Position numbers and translations under genes: made by a program. A model generated the notes under the pieces. That model had not been told where the DNA came from. It worked only from the letters and a program-made list of their open reading frames with translations, and searched no databases. 64,000 bases of DNA from an uncultured delta proteobacterium (lineage in GTDB: Bacteria; Myxococcota_A; Polyangia; Palsa-1104): NCBI GenBank assembly GCA_963785725.1, contig CAWAWS010000014.1:160001-224000 (forward strand). The letters run 5' to 3'. The stretch's first letter is position 1. The number at the start of each line of letters is the position of its first letter. This document shows positions 44,153-59,349 of the stretch, piece after piece.

Positions 44153-45189
44153 AACGCGCGGCGCTGTTGGCGTTGGCGGCGGCGGCGCTGTTCGGCGCCG
44201 GCGCGCCGCTGGCCAAGCGGCTGCTGGCGGAAGTCGCGCCGGCGATGTTGGCGGCGCTGTTGTACGCGGGCGCGGGCTTGATGGCGCTGCCGTTCGCGGC
44301 GCGGGCGTGGCGTCGGCGCGAGGCGCCGCTGCGGCGCGCCGACGTGCCGCTGTTGGCCGGCGTCATCGCGTTCGGCGGCGTCGCCGGTCCGTTGGCGTTG
44401 TTGTACGGGCTCGATCGCACGTCGGCCTCGTTGGCGTCGCTGCTGCTGAATTTGGAGGCGGTGTTCACCGTCGTCATCGCCGTCGTCGTCTTTCGCGAAT
44501 GGATCGGCGGGCGTGGTCTCGGCGCGCTCGTCGTCGTCGTCGCCGGCTGCGCGCTGTCGACGTTCGCCGGTGGCGCGCCGCTGACAGGCGCCGCCTCGGT
44601 CGGCCCGCTCGCCGTCGCCGGCGCCTGCGTCGCTTGGGCCGTCGACAACAACCTGACACAGCGCCTGTCGCTGCGCGATCCGCTGGCCGTGGTCGCGGTC
44701 AAAGGGCTGGGCGCGGCGCCGGTGGCGTTGGCGATCGCGCGGCTCACCGGCGCGCCCTGGCCGTCGCTGCGCGGCATGGCCGGCGGGCTCGTGCTCGGCG
44801 CGCTGTCGTATGGCGTGAGCTTGGCGCTCTATGTGCGCGCGACGCGGGCGCTGGGCGCGGCGCGCACGGGCACGCTGTTCGCGGCGGCGCCGTTCATCGG
44901 CGCGGCGCTGGCGATTCCGATCGCCGGCGAGCCGCCGTCGCTGCGACTGGCGGGCGCGGGGCTGCTCATCGCCGGCGGCGTGGCGCTGTTGCTGAGCGAG
45001 CAGCACGCGCATATGCATACCCACGAGCCCCTCGACCACGAGCATCTGCACACACACGACGACGCGCATCATCACCACGCGCATCACGGCGACGAAGGGC
45101 CGGCGCCGCACAGCCATCCGCATCGGCACGAGCCCGAGACGCACGCGCACGCGCACGCCTCGGACGCGCACCATCGCCACAAACATTAG
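44149..45189 (+). CDS. EamA/DMT transporter with His-rich C-terminal tail
   Basis: About 10 TM segments; SLLLNLE, WAVDNNLT; tail HAHMHTHEPLDHEHLHTHDDAHHHH...DAHHRHKH. Confidence 0.88.
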   Translation: MKRAALLALAAAALFGAGAPLAKRLLAEVAPAMLAALLYAGAGLMALPFAARAWRRREAPLRRADVPLLAGVIAFGGVAGPLALLYGLDRTSASLASLLLNLEAVFTVVIAVVVFREWIGGRGLGALVVVVAGCALSTFAGGAPLTGAASVGPLAVAGACVAWAVDNNLTQRLSLRDPLAVVAVKGLGAAPVALAIARLTGAPWPSLRGMAGGLVLGALSYGVSLALYVRATRALGAARTGTLFAAAPFIGAALAIPIAGEPPSLRLAGAGLLIAGGVALLLSEQHAHMHTHEPLDHEHLHTHDDAHHHHAHHGDEGPAPHSHPHRHEPETHAHAHASDAHHRHKH

Positions 45190-45385
45190 TCGCGCTAAGG
45201 GCCGGCGTTTCAGCCCGGCTGCGATGTGTCGGCGATGCTGGCTGGCTGCGTCGGTCCACGGCGACGGTCGTGCGGCTGTGAGCATCGCCAATTCTGTGGG
45301 TTTGCGCGGGCATTCGACGGTGTGCGAGCGTGTCGCGGCGGTCGGCCGCGACGCGCGGCGACGGTGCGCGTGACCGCGGCGCCGG

Positions 45386-45826
45386 CTATTTCGCGCGCAG
45401 CGTCGTCGTCGGGCGCGGCACGGTGTCGGGCGCGGCCTTCGTCAGCAGCTCGACGCGCACCACGCGCTTGACGCTCAGGCACAAGTTCTCGTGCGTCGGC
45501 AGGAGCAGGCGCAGCGGGCCGCCCTGCGCGTCGGGCAGCGGCACGCCGTCGAGCGCGTGGGCCAGCACGGCTGAGGCGTGCGCCTCGGCCAGCGTCAGGC
45601 AAGCGCGATAGTCGCCGTCGTCGTGGACCATGACGTGCGTGGCCGTGGGCAGCGGCTGTGCGCGATCGAGGAGCGCGGCGAGCCGCACGCCTTGGCCGCG
45701 CACCTTCGGGCTCAGCGCGGCCGTGTCGTCGACGCGCGCGGCGCCGGTGGCCAGCGCGTCGACGTCGTGCCAGTCGAGCGCGGCGGGATGGGCGCAGGCG
45801 CCGTCGATCGTCAGCTTCGCCGTCAT
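45386..45826 (-). CDS. Small molybdopterin-dependent oxidoreductase domain protein
   Basis: GVRLAALL, LAHALDGVPLPDAQGGPLRLL, SVKRVVRVE; start placed 6 nt after TACGAT. Confidence 0.75.
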   Translation of the reverse strand: MTAKLTIDGACAHPAALDWHDVDALATGAARVDDTAALSPKVRGQGVRLAALLDRAQPLPTATHVMVHDDGDYRACLTLAEAHASAVLAHALDGVPLPDAQGGPLRLLLPTHENLCLSVKRVVRVELLTKAAPDTVPRPTTTLRAK

Positions 45827-45851
45827 GCGCGCATCGTACACCGAGGCGCGG

Positions 45852-46904
45852 TTACCCCGGCAGGCGGCCGACGTAGCGCGACGACGGGCGAATCAGCCGG
45901 CCGTGGGCGCGCTGCTCGGCGACGTGCGCGCACCAGCCGGCGCTGCGCGCGACCGCGAACGTCGGCGAGAAGAGCGGCCGCGGCAGCCCGACGGCGTCGA
46001 GGAGCACGGCCGTGTAGAACTCGACGTTGGCTTTGAGCGCGCGATCGGGATGGCGGCGCGCCAGCGCGCCCTCGGCCGCGGCTTCCACCGCGCGCGCCAG
46101 CGCCAGCCGCGGCGTCCGCACGCCCGCTGCCTCCAGTCGCTCCAGCGCCCGCTCCAGCACCGCCGCGCGCGGATCGCGTACGCGATAAATGCGGTGCCCC
46201 ATGCCCATCAAGCGCCGGCCGGCGGCGAGCTCGGCCTCGAGCCAGGCCGTGGCGCGCGCCGGCTCGGCGATGGCGTCGAGCATGTCGAGCACCGGGCCGG
46301 GCGCGCCGCCATGCAGCGGACCTTTGAGCGCGCCGATGGCGGCCGTCAACGCCGACACCAGGTCCGAGCCGGTCGAGGCCACGACCCGCGCCGTGAACGT
46401 CGAGGCGTTCATGCCGTGATCGATGACGGTGACGAGGTAGGCGTCGAGCGCGCGTGCTGCCGCCGCCGGCGCGTGGCCGGTCACCATGCGCAGATAGTCG
46501 GCGGCGTGATCGAGCGTGGCATCGGGCGGCGTGGGCGCGGCGCCGGCGCGTCGTCGCGACCAGGCCGCCGCCAGCGTCGCGAAGGCGCCGACGAGCTCGA
46601 GCGGCGGCGCGCTCGGCGGCAAGTGCGCGACGGCCGCGCGCAGCGCGTCCATGCCGTCGGCGGCGTCGAGCGCGTCGCCGATGCGCGCCAGCCGATCGAA
46701 CCCGAGCATGCGACCGCGCGCCAACGCCGCCGTCGCGTCGCTCGCCGACCCGCCGACCATGAGCGCGGCCGCATCGGCGAAGCGCGCCGACTCCGCCAGC
46801 GCTTCCACGTCGTGGCCGGCCAGGATCAGCCGGCCGCGCTCGCCGTCGACGTCGGACAGCCGCGTCTCGGCGGCGATTACACCCTCGAGCCCGTTGGTCA
46901 TCAT
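45852..46904 (-). CDS. Citrate synthase family protein
   Basis: GLEGVIAAETRLS, DHGMNASTF, KGPLHGGA, MGMGHRIY, ANVEFY, GWCAH. Confidence 0.93.
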   Translation of the reverse strand: MMTNGLEGVIAAETRLSDVDGERGRLILAGHDVEALAESARFADAAALMVGGSASDATAALARGRMLGFDRLARIGDALDAADGMDALRAAVAHLPPSAPPLELVGAFATLAAAWSRRRAGAAPTPPDATLDHAADYLRMVTGHAPAAAARALDAYLVTVIDHGMNASTFTARVVASTGSDLVSALTAAIGALKGPLHGGAPGPVLDMLDAIAEPARATAWLEAELAAGRRLMGMGHRIYRVRDPRAAVLERALERLEAAGVRTPRLALARAVEAAAEGALARRHPDRALKANVEFYTAVLLDAVGLPRPLFSPTFAVARSAGWCAHVAEQRAHGRLIRPSSRYVGRLPG

Positions 46905-46921
46905 GCTGCTACCATGCGTTC

Positions 46922-48172
46922 GTGACCCAGGTTGATCAACGTGGATTCGACAATCAACCAGCGTGGCTCACGGCCGAGCAGGCAGCGCGTACGCTCGACG
47001 TGAAGCTGAAGACGCTCTACGCCTACGTCAGCCGCGGGCTCATTCGGCGCATGCAGGATCCCGACGGCAAGAAGCGTTACGCGCGCGACGACGTGGCGCG
47101 GCTGCGCGCTCGTCATGACGCGCGCTCCGGTCACGGCGCCGTCGCCGCCGGCGCGCTGCGTTGGGGTGAGCCGGTATTGGCGACGGCGATCAGCGCCATC
47201 GCGCCCGACGGCCCGCGCTATCGCGGCCAGCCGGCGCTGCGCCTGGCCGCCGAAGGCGCGCCCTTCGAGTCGGTGGCCGAGCTGTTGTGGACGGGCGCGA
47301 TGCTGCCGCTGCGTCCGGCGTGGCCGGCGTCGCTGCCCTTGCCGCGCGCCAAGCTGCAGGCGCTGTTGCCGAAGCGGGCGTCGCCGTTCTTGGTCCTGCA
47401 GCTGACCGTCGTCGCGTTGGCCGCGGCCGATCCGGCGCCGTTTCCGGCCGTGCTCGCGCAGGAGCTCGACCGCGCGCGGGCGCTCGTGCGCACGCTGGCG
47501 GCGGCGGCGGCGCTCGCCTTCGACGGCAAGCGCCACGAAGCCGCGGCGCGCGCGTCGTCGCTGGCCGAGACGGCGACGATCGCGCTCGGCGGTGACGGCG
47601 CGCGGCGCACGGTCGCGGCCGTCGAAGAGGCGCTCGTGCTCTCGGCCGATCACGAGCTCAACGTCTCCAGCTTCGCCGCGCGCGTGGCGGCGTCGACGGG
47701 CGCCGACCTGTACGCCTGTTTGACGTCCGCGCTGGCGACGATGAGCGGCCCGTTGCATGGCGGCGAGTCCGACCGCTTCGCCGCGTTCGTCGCCGAGGCG
47801 GGCACGCCGGCGCGCGCCGCTGCCGTCGTCGCAGCGCGGGCGCGCCGCGGCGATCGCTTTCCCGGCTTCGGCCACCGCCTCTATCCTGCTGCCGATCCGC
47901 GCGGCGCCCGCCTGCTCGCGCTCGCGCGACGCATCGCTCCACGCAGCCTGCGCACGATCGACGCCGTCATCGACGCCGTCGCCGCCAGCGGTGGCGAGCC
48001 GCCGTCGCTCGACGCCGGGCTGCACGCGCTCACCGTCGCGCTCGATCTGGCGCCCGGCGCCGGCGCCGCGCTCTTCGCGCTCGGTCGCACGGCGGGCTGG
48101 GTCGCGCACGTGCTCGAACAGCGCGCCGAGCCGTCGCTGCTGCGGCCGCGCGCTCGTTACGTCGGTGTGTGA
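46922..48172 (+). CDS. MerR/excisionase-type HTH fused to a citrate synthase domain
   Basis: WLTAEQAARTLDVKLKTLYAYVSRGLI; DHELNVSSF, SGPLHGG, GFGHRLY, RPRARYVG. Confidence 0.87.
   Translation: MTQVDQRGFDNQPAWLTAEQAARTLDVKLKTLYAYVSRGLIRRMQDPDGKKRYARDDVARLRARHDARSGHGAVAAGALRWGEPVLATAISAIAPDGPRYRGQPALRLAAEGAPFESVAELLWTGAMLPLRPAWPASLPLPRAKLQALLPKRASPFLVLQLTVVALAAADPAPFPAVLAQELDRARALVRTLAAAAALAFDGKRHEAAARASSLAETATIALGGDGARRTVAAVEEALVLSADHELNVSSFAARVAASTGADLYACLTSALATMSGPLHGGESDRFAAFVAEAGTPARAAAVVAARARRGDRFPGFGHRLYPAADPRGARLLALARRIAPRSLRTIDAVIDAVAASGGEPPSLDAGLHALTVALDLAPGAGAALFALGRTAGWVAHVLEQRAEPSLLRPRARYVGV
46931..46958. promoter_or_regulatory. Palindromic candidate operator between the divergent citrate synthase genes
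   Basis: GTTGATCAAC perfect palindrome plus outer GTTGAT...ATCAAC; overlaps minus-strand TTGATC-17-CATGGT. Confidence 0.45.
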
Positions 48173-48201
48173 TAGCGTCGCGCCCTCAACGGGAGGGACT
48201 C

Positions 48202-48864
48202 ATGAACAAGCTCGTCATTACCGCACTGATCCTCGGTGGATTCTCCGTCGCCCACGCGCAAGCTCCGGCCGCCGCGCCCGCTGCCAAAGCTGCGCCCGCG
48301 GCGCCTGCCGCCAAGGCTGCGCCCGCTGCGACCGCCGCGAAGCCGGGCGAGCCGCCGCCGGGCGTGCCGCCCGCGATGACGCCGCCCAAGCCCGGCGCCG
48401 AGACCGACGCGCTCAAGCCCTTCGCGCACTCGTCGACGATGGCCGGCACCGTCCCCGCCAACGCGATGGGCAACCCGGCCGAGCTGCCGACCAAGGCCAA
48501 GACCACGTGCAAGTGGGTCGCCGGCAACTTCTGGGTCTCGTGTGACATCGACGAGACCGTCGGCACCGGCAAGACCGCGATGCACTGGCAGGGCCACTGG
48601 ACGTTCGGCTACGACCTCGCGGCCAAGGCCTATCGCGGCGTGATGTTCTCGTCGGAGGGCCAGCACATGGCCATGAAGGGCACGCTCGACGGCACGAAGC
48701 TCGTGTGGGAATCGGCGCAGGAGATGAAGGCGACGAACATGCCGACGAAGCTGCGCATCACCGAGGACGCGACCGATCCGAAGGCAATCAAGTTCACCGA
48801 AGAGGGCTTGATGAACGGCAAGTGGATGCCGTTGACGAGCGCCGTCGAGAAGCCGACCAAGTAG
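48202..48864 (+). CDS. Secreted protein, DUF1579-like
   Basis: GGGAGG RBS; signal peptide AHA; Ala/Pro linker; PKPGAE...FGYDLAAKAY beta-barrel pattern. Confidence 0.6.
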   Translation: MNKLVITALILGGFSVAHAQAPAAAPAAKAAPAAPAAKAAPAATAAKPGEPPPGVPPAMTPPKPGAETDALKPFAHSSTMAGTVPANAMGNPAELPTKAKTTCKWVAGNFWVSCDIDETVGTGKTAMHWQGHWTFGYDLAAKAYRGVMFSSEGQHMAMKGTLDGTKLVWESAQEMKATNMPTKLRITEDATDPKAIKFTEEGLMNGKWMPLTSAVEKPTK

Positions 48865-48893
48865 CCGCTTCCCGACGGCGATTCGCGTTCTGC

Positions 48894-51192
<2,299 letters not shown>

Positions 51193-51213
51193 CGGCTGGC
51201 CCTCGTAAGCCGT

Positions 51214-51582
51214 TCACTGATCATCTTTTTTGCTTCCGCCTTCATCGTCGTCGTCCGGCTCCATCGTGCACTGCAGCGGGAACTCGGCCTTCTCGGCCAG
51301 CTCCATCACCATCGCCACCTTCGTCTCGGCGATCTCGTAGGTGTAAACACCGGCGATACCCACTCCGTTCTGGTGGATGTGCAGCATGATCGCCGACGCC
51401 GACGCCTCGTCGTGGTGGAACACGTGCGTCAGCAACGCCACGACGAACTCCATCGTCGTGTAGTCGTCGTTGAGCAGCAGCACCTTGTACAGCTTGGGCC
51501 GCTGCAGCTTCTGCTTGGTCTTCTTCTCCAGCTCGGTCGCGACGCCGCCGTCTTCGACCTTGGGTTTCTGCGGCTTGCTCAT
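51214..51582 (-). CDS. clpS: Clp protease adaptor ClpS
   Basis: YKVLLLNDDYTTMEFVV, MLHIHQNG, YEIAETK, FPLQC. Confidence 0.96.
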   Translation of the reverse strand: MSKPQKPKVEDGGVATELEKKTKQKLQRPKLYKVLLLNDDYTTMEFVVALLTHVFHHDEASASAIMLHIHQNGVGIAGVYTYEIAETKVAMVMELAEKAEFPLQCTMEPDDDDEGGSKKDDQ

Positions 51583-52788
51583 GCCTTCGCTCTCATGACC
51601 CTGTCGGTTCCAAAGCTTTGTCCGCCGCCGCGGCCGGTTTCAAGAATCGGCGTGTGCTCGCGCCAGTAGGCGAGCGCCCGCTCGCGCTCGCTGGCTTCGG
51701 CGCGGATGTGGTCGCGGATCGGCTTGTCCAGCCGCGCGTCCAAGAACAGGTGCGAGCTGAACGTCTCCGACGGCTCGAAGCCGCGCGGGATTTTGTGCTC
51801 GCCGCCCGCGCCGCCTTCGAAGACCTGCACCCGGCGCCGGATGCACTGATCTATCGAGTGATACATGCACACGTTGAAATGTAAGAAGCGGTGATCCTCG
51901 AAGCATCCCCAATAACGACCATAAAGGTGCGTTTGCGAAGCGACATTGAACGCGCCGGCGACGAGCTTGCCGTCGGACAGCCGCTCGGCCGCTACCAGCT
52001 CCACCTGACCCGGCATGTTGGCGACGATGCGGCGATAGAAGCGCGCGGTTGATCCAGCGCCGTCCCCACATCAGCTTGTCCACCGTCGAACGATGTAGAT
52101 CGAAGGCGGCGTCGGCCCAGCGCTCGGGCGCGGCGCGCAATTCTTCCTCACGCAAGGTGCGGATGCTGATGCCCTGCTTGGCCGCTTCATTGCGCTCGCG
52201 CTTGGCCTGGTTGCGCTTCTTGGAGTCGAAGCGGGCCAAAAAGTCGTCGAAGCTGGCGTAGTTGGCGTTGCGCCAGTGATATTGGTAGGAGACGCGCTTG
52301 GCCAGGCCCGCGGCGGCCAATTCGTCGGCTTCGTCGGGCTGCGGAAAGAGCACGTGCAGCGACGAAGCGCGCGCCCGTCGCGCCAGATCGACGGCGCCGG
52401 CGATGACGCGGCGCACGCAGTCGGCGCGATCTTCGCCGGCGCGCACCAAGATGCGCCGGCCCGTGCACGGCGTAAACGGCACCGTCAGCGACAGCTTCGG
52501 GTAATAGCGGATTCCCGCGTTCTCGACGCCCTGCGCCCAGCCCCAGTCGCGCGAAAAATCGCCGTCCGAGTCGGTCTTCAGATAGGCCGGCGCCGCCGCG
52601 ATCAGCTCTTTGCCGCGCCACAGCGACAAATGACACGCCTGCCAGCCGGTTTCACCCGTCGCGCAGCCCGACGTCTCCATCGCCTCGAGCCAATGCCAGC
52701 GCGTGAACGGGGTCGCGTTCTCGTCGAGGAGCGCGTCCCACGCCGGCTGGGGAATCTCGGCGATGCTGTCGTGTACTCGGAGCTCCAC
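51579..52788 (-). CDS. FemAB-like GNAT protein (DUF482; frameshift near 52045)
   Basis: WDAL...PF, GWQACH, YYPKL..VPFTPCTG, SSLHVLF, QYHWRN, LYGRYWG, FEGGAGGEHK..RGF. Confidence 0.85.
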
Positions 52789-52872
52789 GGTGTCCGCGAT
52801 TGTACCTCGCTTCAAGGTGAGTCGCCCGTCGGCGCAGCGCAACGAAACCTTTTCTGCTAGATTCCCCGGCCC

Positions 52873-55201
<2,329 letters not shown>

Positions 55202-55254
55202 CAGTCGCCGGTTCGACCCGATAAGCGTCAAAAATCAATATGTTGTACCGAAGT

Positions 55255-55686
55255 CTAGCGGCCTGGTCGACGCGGCGGAAGCGCGCGGGCAGAACTTTCG
55301 GCCGTCGCTGCGCGTTCGATGAGGTCGCGCAGGAGCGTGCGATGGCAGCGGTTCTCGTCGGCGCAGGCGGAAGAGCAGAGCAGGGTGAGCGGCTCGCCGC
55401 CGGCGACCGAGCGCGCCAGCCACGCGATCTTGCGCGCCGGCGTCGGCGCGCGCATTTCGGCGTCGTACAGCTCTTCGTAGTCGCGCCAGGCGATGAGCGG
55501 CTGCCCGTCCTTGCCGTAGGCCGCAGCGTGCAACGCGACCGAAGGGCCCAGCTCTTTCCACCAGGCGTCCCATGTTTCCGCGTCCTTGGCGATGCCGCGA
55601 GGACGGTAGCGGCAAATGAGGAGGCGGAAGCCGTCGTCGCTCGCCCGCGGGTCGTCCCAGCGCTTGGTTTTGACGCGCAATATCAT
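55255..55686 (-). CDS. DUF488 family protein
   Basis: DDGFRLLICRYRPRGIAK, WWKELGPS, LTLLC, CHR. Confidence 0.8.
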   Translation of the reverse strand: MILRVKTKRWDDPRASDDGFRLLICRYRPRGIAKDAETWDAWWKELGPSVALHAAAYGKDGQPLIAWRDYEELYDAEMRAPTPARKIAWLARSVAGGEPLTLLCSSACADENRCHRTLLRDLIERAATAESSARALPPRRPGR

Positions 55687-55701
55687 GTCGATATAAGTCG
55701 C

Positions 55702-55730
55702 TTGACGAGTATTACCCTGCATTCTAAGTT
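55702..55730 (+). promoter_or_regulatory. Sigma70-type promoter of the TonB-like gene
   Basis: TTGACG-17 nt-TAAGTT. Confidence 0.55.
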
Positions 55731-55759
55731 TCGCGTTCGCGGAAGGTGAGGTCCACCCG

Positions 55760-56461
<702 letters not shown>

Positions 56462-56544
56462 CGCGACGGCATTGGCGTCTGCCGCTGGCTCGTCAGGTTC
56501 GCCTGGCGGGCCAGTTTCATTTTCGGCCTGTACAATCGCGGCGC

Positions 56545-58755
56545 ATGAATCTGCCGAAGCGATCGTCGCGTTGGTTCGCAGCGCTCTTTTACGTCGGGTT
56601 CGTCGCGATCGGCGGGCGCGCGCAGGCGCAGCCGGCCGACCGCGCGGCCGATGACGCCGCGGCGCGCGCGCTCGTGGCGCAGGCGCGGACGCAAGATCCG
56701 GCGCGGCTACCGGATTGGCGGGCGCGCCTCGGCGCCGGCGGCGCGGCCGAGCGCGCGGCGGCGGCGTTCGCCATCGGGCAGCTCGGCGTCGCCTGGGATC
56801 CGCCGACGGCCGAGACGCGCGCCGCGGCCGAGACGGCGCTGTTGGCGGCGTGGACGAGCGAGCGCGACGCGGCGGTGCGCGATCGCCTCGTCGAAGCGCT
56901 GGGCAAAGTGGGCGGCGCGGCGGCGCTGCCGCGGCTGACGGCGGCGCTCGACGGGCCCGAGCGCATCCGGGCGGCGTTGGCGTTGGCGGCGTTGGCCAAG
57001 AGCGGGCAGCACGTCGCGGCCGCGACGACGGCGCGGCTGCAGGCGCGGCTCGTCGACGGCGATGCGAGCATGCGCTGGGCGGCGGCGCTGGCGCTGTTAC
57101 GGCTGAAGGATCCGAGCACGCGCGCGGCGCTGCACGGCTGTTTGCGCGACGCCGACGCCGTCGTGAGCGCGACGTGCGCCAAAGCGCTCGCCGACGTCGG
57201 TGGCGACGAGGACGCGGCGGCGCTGGCGGCGCTCGTCGGCGCGGCCGATTCGCGGCCGGCGGCGGAGGCGGCGCGCACGCTGGTGAAGCTGGCGATGAAG
57301 TGCTGCGGCGACGCGGCGTGCACGCCGTTGGCGGCGCTGGCGGCGACGCGCGGGCCGTGGGCGCCGCCGGTGATGCAGGCGGTGGCGTTCGAGCATTGGC
57401 AGGATCCGCGGGCGTTGCCGATGTTGCGTCAGCGCTACGAGGAGTATGCGCGGGCGAAGACGATGGAGCCGCGGGCGCGGGCGTTGGCAGGCTGCTTAGC
57501 GGCGCTGGCGCACGATCGTGTGCAGGCGCGGCTGCGCGGCCGGGTCGAGCTGCTGCGCGGCTGTGGCGGTCGGCACGTCGGCGAGCGCGAGCGGCAGGTG
57601 CGGATGGCCGAGGCGCTCGCCGAGTCGGCCGAGCCGGAAGCGCCCGGCGGCAACGGCGCGTCGGCAGCAGGCGCGGCGAACGCGGCGACGGCGACGGCCG
57701 CGACGGGCACGTCGCGCAGCGCGTCTGGATCGGCCGCTGCCGACGCGCGCGCGGCCGAGCTGACGCGGCTGGCGGCGAGCCGCTTTCCGGCGGTGCGCGC
57801 GGCGGCCGCCGCTGGCGCAGACGCGGCGACCACGCGCCGGCTGCTCGGCGATCACGAGGCCGAGGTCGTCGCGGCGGCGGCCGAGCGCGCGCAGACGTTG
57901 AAGCTGACGGCGGCCGAACCGGAGCTGGAGACGGCGCTGACGCGCCTCGATGGACCCGACGCGATCGAGGCGCGACAAGCGATCTTGGCGACCGCAGCGG
58001 AGCTCGGGCTGGCAGCGATCGTTCCGGCGGTGCAGCGGCTCCTCGATGTCGAGCCGTATGGTCTGCGGCTGTCGGTGGCGCAAGCGTTGACGAAACTGAC
58101 GGGCAAGCCCGTGCACGCACGGCTGCCTGCGCTCGATCCGGCCGATGAGGCCGCGGCCGCCGTCAGGCCCGCGCCGGCGCTGGCGAACGTGCGCTCGGAT
58201 CGAGGTGACAAGCCGGGCGCGCCCAGCAGCGCGCCGGCGATCGCGCGGCCCGAGCGAGCTGACCAGACCCCGCCCAACAGCGCACCGGCGAACGCGCGGC
58301 CGGATTTGGCCGACAAGCCGGCGGCCGTCAGCGTGCCGGCGATCGTGCGGCTGCGCACGACGCGCGGAATCATCCGCGTGCAGCTGTGGACCGCCGACGC
58401 GCCGCGCACGACGGCCAACTTCGTCACGCTCGTGCGGCGCCACTTTTACGACGGGCTGCCGTTTCACCGGGTCGTCCCCGACTTCGTGTCGCAGAGCGGC
58501 GACCCGCGCGGCGATGGCTCGGGCGGCCCCGGCTACGCCTTGCGCTGCGAGATCGGCATGCGCCGCTACGAAGAGGGCGTCATCGGCATGGCGTTGGCCG
58601 GTCGCGACACCGGCGGCAGCCAATTCTTCTTCACGCAATCGCCCCAGCCGCATCTCGACGGCCGCTACACCGCGTTCGGCGAGCTCCTCGCCGGCAGCGA
58701 CGTCGTTCGCAGCCTGATCGAGGGTGACGTCATCATCGAGGCCCGCATCGAATGA
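56545..58755 (+). CDS. Secreted HEAT-repeat protein with C-terminal cyclophilin PPIase
   Basis: Signal peptide; HEAT repeats; APRTTANF, FYDGLPFHRVVPDFVSQSGDP, GMALAGRDTGGSQFF, HLDGRYT. Confidence 0.87.
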   Translation: MNLPKRSSRWFAALFYVGFVAIGGRAQAQPADRAADDAAARALVAQARTQDPARLPDWRARLGAGGAAERAAAAFAIGQLGVAWDPPTAETRAAAETALLAAWTSERDAAVRDRLVEALGKVGGAAALPRLTAALDGPERIRAALALAALAKSGQHVAAATTARLQARLVDGDASMRWAAALALLRLKDPSTRAALHGCLRDADAVVSATCAKALADVGGDEDAAALAALVGAADSRPAAEAARTLVKLAMKCCGDAACTPLAALAATRGPWAPPVMQAVAFEHWQDPRALPMLRQRYEEYARAKTMEPRARALAGCLAALAHDRVQARLRGRVELLRGCGGRHVGERERQVRMAEALAESAEPEAPGGNGASAAGAANAATATAATGTSRSASGSAAADARAAELTRLAASRFPAVRAAAAAGADAATTRRLLGDHEAEVVAAAAERAQTLKLTAAEPELETALTRLDGPDAIEARQAILATAAELGLAAIVPAVQRLLDVEPYGLRLSVAQALTKLTGKPVHARLPALDPADEAAAAVRPAPALANVRSDRGDKPGAPSSAPAIARPERADQTPPNSAPANARPDLADKPAAVSVPAIVRLRTTRGIIRVQLWTADAPRTTANFVTLVRRHFYDGLPFHRVVPDFVSQSGDPRGDGSGGPGYALRCEIGMRRYEEGVIGMALAGRDTGGSQFFFTQSPQPHLDGRYTAFGELLAGSDVVRSLIEGDVIIEARIE

Positions 58756-58834
58756 TCGGCCGTCTCCGCTGCGGCGGATGTTTCCGTTGCAACGGACGCG
58801 ATCGATCTTCATCCGCTGAAACGGAGACGCCGAT
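58755..58834. repeat. Long imperfect inverted repeat with inner palindrome
   Basis: ATCGGCCGTCTCCGCTGCGGCGGATG pairs with CATCCGCTGAAACGGAGACGCCGAT; inner TCCGTTGCAACGGA. Confidence 0.7.
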
Positions 58835-58940
58835 TATTGGCCGCCGAACGGCCATCGTTGGTCGCGCCAGCGACGAAGCCGAGCGTCCGTCTCAACGGAT
58901 GCGCCAGCGGTTTCGTCGAACGGGGCGGATCGTTCCGTTA

Positions 58941-59168
58941 TTACGGATGTCGCGCGGCGGCCGGCGTTGGTGGCTGGGCGGAGTCGGCCTCGGCGTTCCG
59001 GGCGCCATGCAGTAATAGGCCGCAGAAGGCGAGCATTGTCATCGCCGCAGCCGCCGTCATCCACAAGAGCGTCGCCGGCGGCTGCGCGATGGCGCTGCGT
59101 AACGCGGACAAGGCCGCCGCGTCTTCGTCGCGTTCATTCCAGACGGCCGTGGGGTCCAGTCGTGCCAT
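58941..59168 (-). CDS. Small single-TM hypothetical protein
   Basis: 75 aa with hydrophobic LLWMTAAAAMTMLAFCGLLL; preceded by a sigma54-like site. Confidence 0.4.
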   Translation of the reverse strand: MARLDPTAVWNERDEDAAALSALRSAIAQPPATLLWMTAAAAMTMLAFCGLLLHGARNAEADSAQPPTPAAARHP

Positions 59169-59181
59169 GCGCGTCGCCCAA

Positions 59182-59197
59182 AGCAGCCGCCGTGCCA
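59182..59197 (-). promoter_or_regulatory. Sigma54 -24/-12 motif
   Basis: TGGCACG-GCGG-CTGCT versus consensus TGGCACG-N4-TTGCW. Confidence 0.45.
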
Positions 59198-59349
59198 TGA
59201 GCGGACAGCGCGCAAAATGGCCAGAGCTGGGGGGCAATTGCCGGCGCACGCGCTCGCCGCTCTCCGGAAATCGGAGACTCGGTCTCTTGATTCGCGCGTC
59301 TACAGGCCCCATCCTGCGGGCGCGTCACTTGCAGCTGCTGGCACCCAAG

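Noticed and set aside
45190..45385. Possible ncRNA between the DMT and Mo-protein genes
   Set aside because: Only generic GC-rich pairing; no recognisable motif or second copy
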